A stretch of 63,700 nt of DNA, filler included, from Octopus bimaculoides (Eukaryota): the NCBI RefSeq assembly GCF_001194135.2. It is 7 parts of 5 records of this genome, joined end to end, with 100 filler letters (N's around TTAATTAATTAA, not from the genome) between each part and the next. Parts side by side here need not be neighbours in the genome. Positions count along the whole stretch, not along the records: positions 54,365 to 63,700 come from NC_069006.1; 6 more parts are not named here. One strand, 5' to 3'. A program made the position numbers and the translations under genes. Below, one piece after another: positions 61,566 through 63,700 of the stretch (position 1 is the first letter of the stretch; the number at the start of each line of letters is the position of its first letter). The notes below the pieces were generated by a model. It had not been told where the DNA came from. It did not search any database and saw only the letters and a program-made list of their open reading frames with translations.

Positions 61566-61857
61566 TGATGAAACAACATGAAATAACCAAAGAGGTAGAT
61601 TTTGATATCGTTGGAAGTAGAAAATGATACTTATTGATAGATACAGACATGGAAACTTGCATGCAGAACCTTAAGTTTCTGCGTCAACAATTTGATGATC
61701 GTTGCACAGAAAATACAAAAAAACATGATATTTTATGCTTTACAAAACATGTAGTCATTTTAACAAATATAGAAATATGTAGCCAAGTATCCCATTGGGG
61801 TAGCCAGGTATCCCCTCTATAGTAAGACAACTCTTTCTCTCCTATTGTACCCTAATC

Positions 61858-62431
61858 CAGGGGTTCTTGACCATTTTTTATCTAAGGATACCTTTGATTA
61901 CTATTTTACCCTGGTAGACCCCCATAGCCATTCAATGTTTAACCCTTTCGTTACTATATTTCTGTTGAGATGTTCTGTGCTTCTTTCAATTTCTTTAAAT
62001 ATAACGAAGAATTTAGTAAAATAACTTAGTTATCATTAAGCTAGTGTTAGGAACATAAATTGTGACTAAGGTTTGGTGGAAGATTTTAATTCAAAACTTT
62101 TGAAAACAAGACATTTGTACAACAAAGCCAGAGCCGGTTTCAGCCGGTTTGGTAACGAAAGGGTTAAAGACTAATTTTACAGACACATCTTTCAAAATTC
62201 CTATTTTGTTTTTCTAACTTTAACTTGTGCAGGTTGAACTATGAAAAATGGTAGAGAATGGAACCTGACGGTTTCTTGCAATAAATGCCAATACATACAC
62301 CAAAAGCAAAGTTTTATCAGGGGCCCTTAAAATACTACTGTAGGTCCCCAGTTTATCATTTTGTTTTGTGGACCCCCAAACGTCTTATATGGATCCTCAG
62401 GGGCCATATGGACCCCAGATCAGAACTATTG
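61858..62431. mobile_element. Old hAT-like MITE hosting a younger MITE
   Basis: Left end caggggttcttgacc, degenerate right end ...cagaactattg. 8-bp flanks ccctaatc / ctctgacc match at 5 of 8 positions. Confidence 0.5.
61943..62163. mobile_element. piggyBac-like MITE
   Basis: ttaa-CCCTTTCGTTAC ... GTAACGAAAGGG-ttaa: perfect 12-bp TIR with TTAA duplication. Confidence 0.92.
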
Positions 62432-62688
62432 CTCTGACCTCTCACCTGGCACTCACCCACTTCCCTCACATCCACTTGCTCGGTCAACTTAAGAGGTCTT
62501 TATCTTAAGAGGTCTTTATCTTACAAGTTACTGTAAAAAGCACCCAGTACATACTGTAAAGGGCTTGGCATTAAGAAGGGGGCATCTAGCAGTATAAACC
62601 ATGTCAAAGCAGACAATAAAACCTGGTACAATTCCTCACAACTTTTACCCATTCTCTGATTTTTCTATCACCACCACTCTCTCCTACA

Positions 62689-62732
<44 letters not shown>

Positions 62733-63626
62733 TTAGCCATGCTACCTTTGGGCATGCTCTGGCTCCTAACTACAATCATCTTTGTCTTTCTTTCTGGTAC
62801 CACTCCATTCACCCAGCCTACGCCACATACATAACCTGGGGGAGGGGGTACCCCTGAATCTCCTCCTTCCCCTCAACCCATTCCATTGGTCATCTTATTC
62901 TCTCTAACTCTAAAATTACTTTTCCTTTTCCTCTTCTATTGTCCTCTTAACACTGTCTCTGCTGGCTTCTCTCTCTCTCCAGCATCTTTTCCACATCACA
63001 ACAATAAACCCGATTCACCCAGCAGACTTCTAACTTCTCAAATCCCCACCCTCTCTATCGTGTGGACTCTTTTTAGTCTTCTGACTTACAAGGTGACCTC
63101 ACTAATGCTGGTGCAACAAAAGCAGCCCCACCCTGTGCATTCTGTAAAGTTGGTGGTGACAGGAAGGGCATGCAGCTGTAGAAAATAGACAAAACTACAC
63201 TGGAGCAGGAGGTGTCTATCCAACTCATTGAATCCTGTCAAAATGTCCCACCCATATCAGCCAACAAAGCAGGCATGAAACAAAATGATGATGGTGACTG
63301 GTGTGTGTGTGTACGTGTTAGTATTTCCTAGTCTTGGCATTGCATGATAGTCACAAATGAGTCACCACCATACAAGTTGTACCATTTGTTTCCAATCTTC
63401 CATGAAAACATGTTCAGCAAGGGGGGGGGGAATATTACCTTATTTAGAAACAGGTGAGGGTTGGTGACACAGAGAGCACCTGGCTGTAGAAAATTTGCCT
63501 CAATAAATTCTGTTCGACCCATGCAAGCATGGAAAAGCAGATGTTAAAAACGATGACGACGACGCTATAAATATTTGAATAAACATAATATACGTATACA
63601 TATATACGTATATATATTCTTTACCT

Positions 63627-63670
<44 letters not shown>

Positions 63671-63700
63671 AATAATAAATGAGTATATGCATATATACGT

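Overview
Repeat-dominated eukaryotic genomic DNA. It is most likely octopus, inferred from the tRNA-headed SINE families, the RTE/CR1/Penelope/mariner content and the dense microsatellites. It is a short-read draft assembly with many N gaps and artificial TTAATTAATTAA gap pads. I can identify no host protein-coding gene with confidence. Almost all supplied ORFs are artefacts of microsatellites, N runs or transposon antisense strands. The window holds decayed mobile elements: several Penelope-like elements (PLEs; Neptune-type RT plus GIY-YIG), RTE, CR1 and R4/Dong-like LINE fragments, a full-length degenerate mariner, MITEs, a Gypsy gag remnant and three SINE families with chimeras and nested insertions. 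The most interesting signal is RNA-level. The window carries several hammerhead-ribozyme (HHR) motifs. One is a near-canonical type I HHR at the end of a Neptune PLE (46835-46922). Two copies of a non-coding repeat (409-472 +, 44311-44374 -) hold all three hammerhead strands and helices in the order cleavage site / GAAA / CUGAUGA, which is none of the circular permutations (types I, II, III) and implies a pseudoknotted, non-circularly permuted hammerhead. All base pairings were worked out by eye, and no folding or database search was run.
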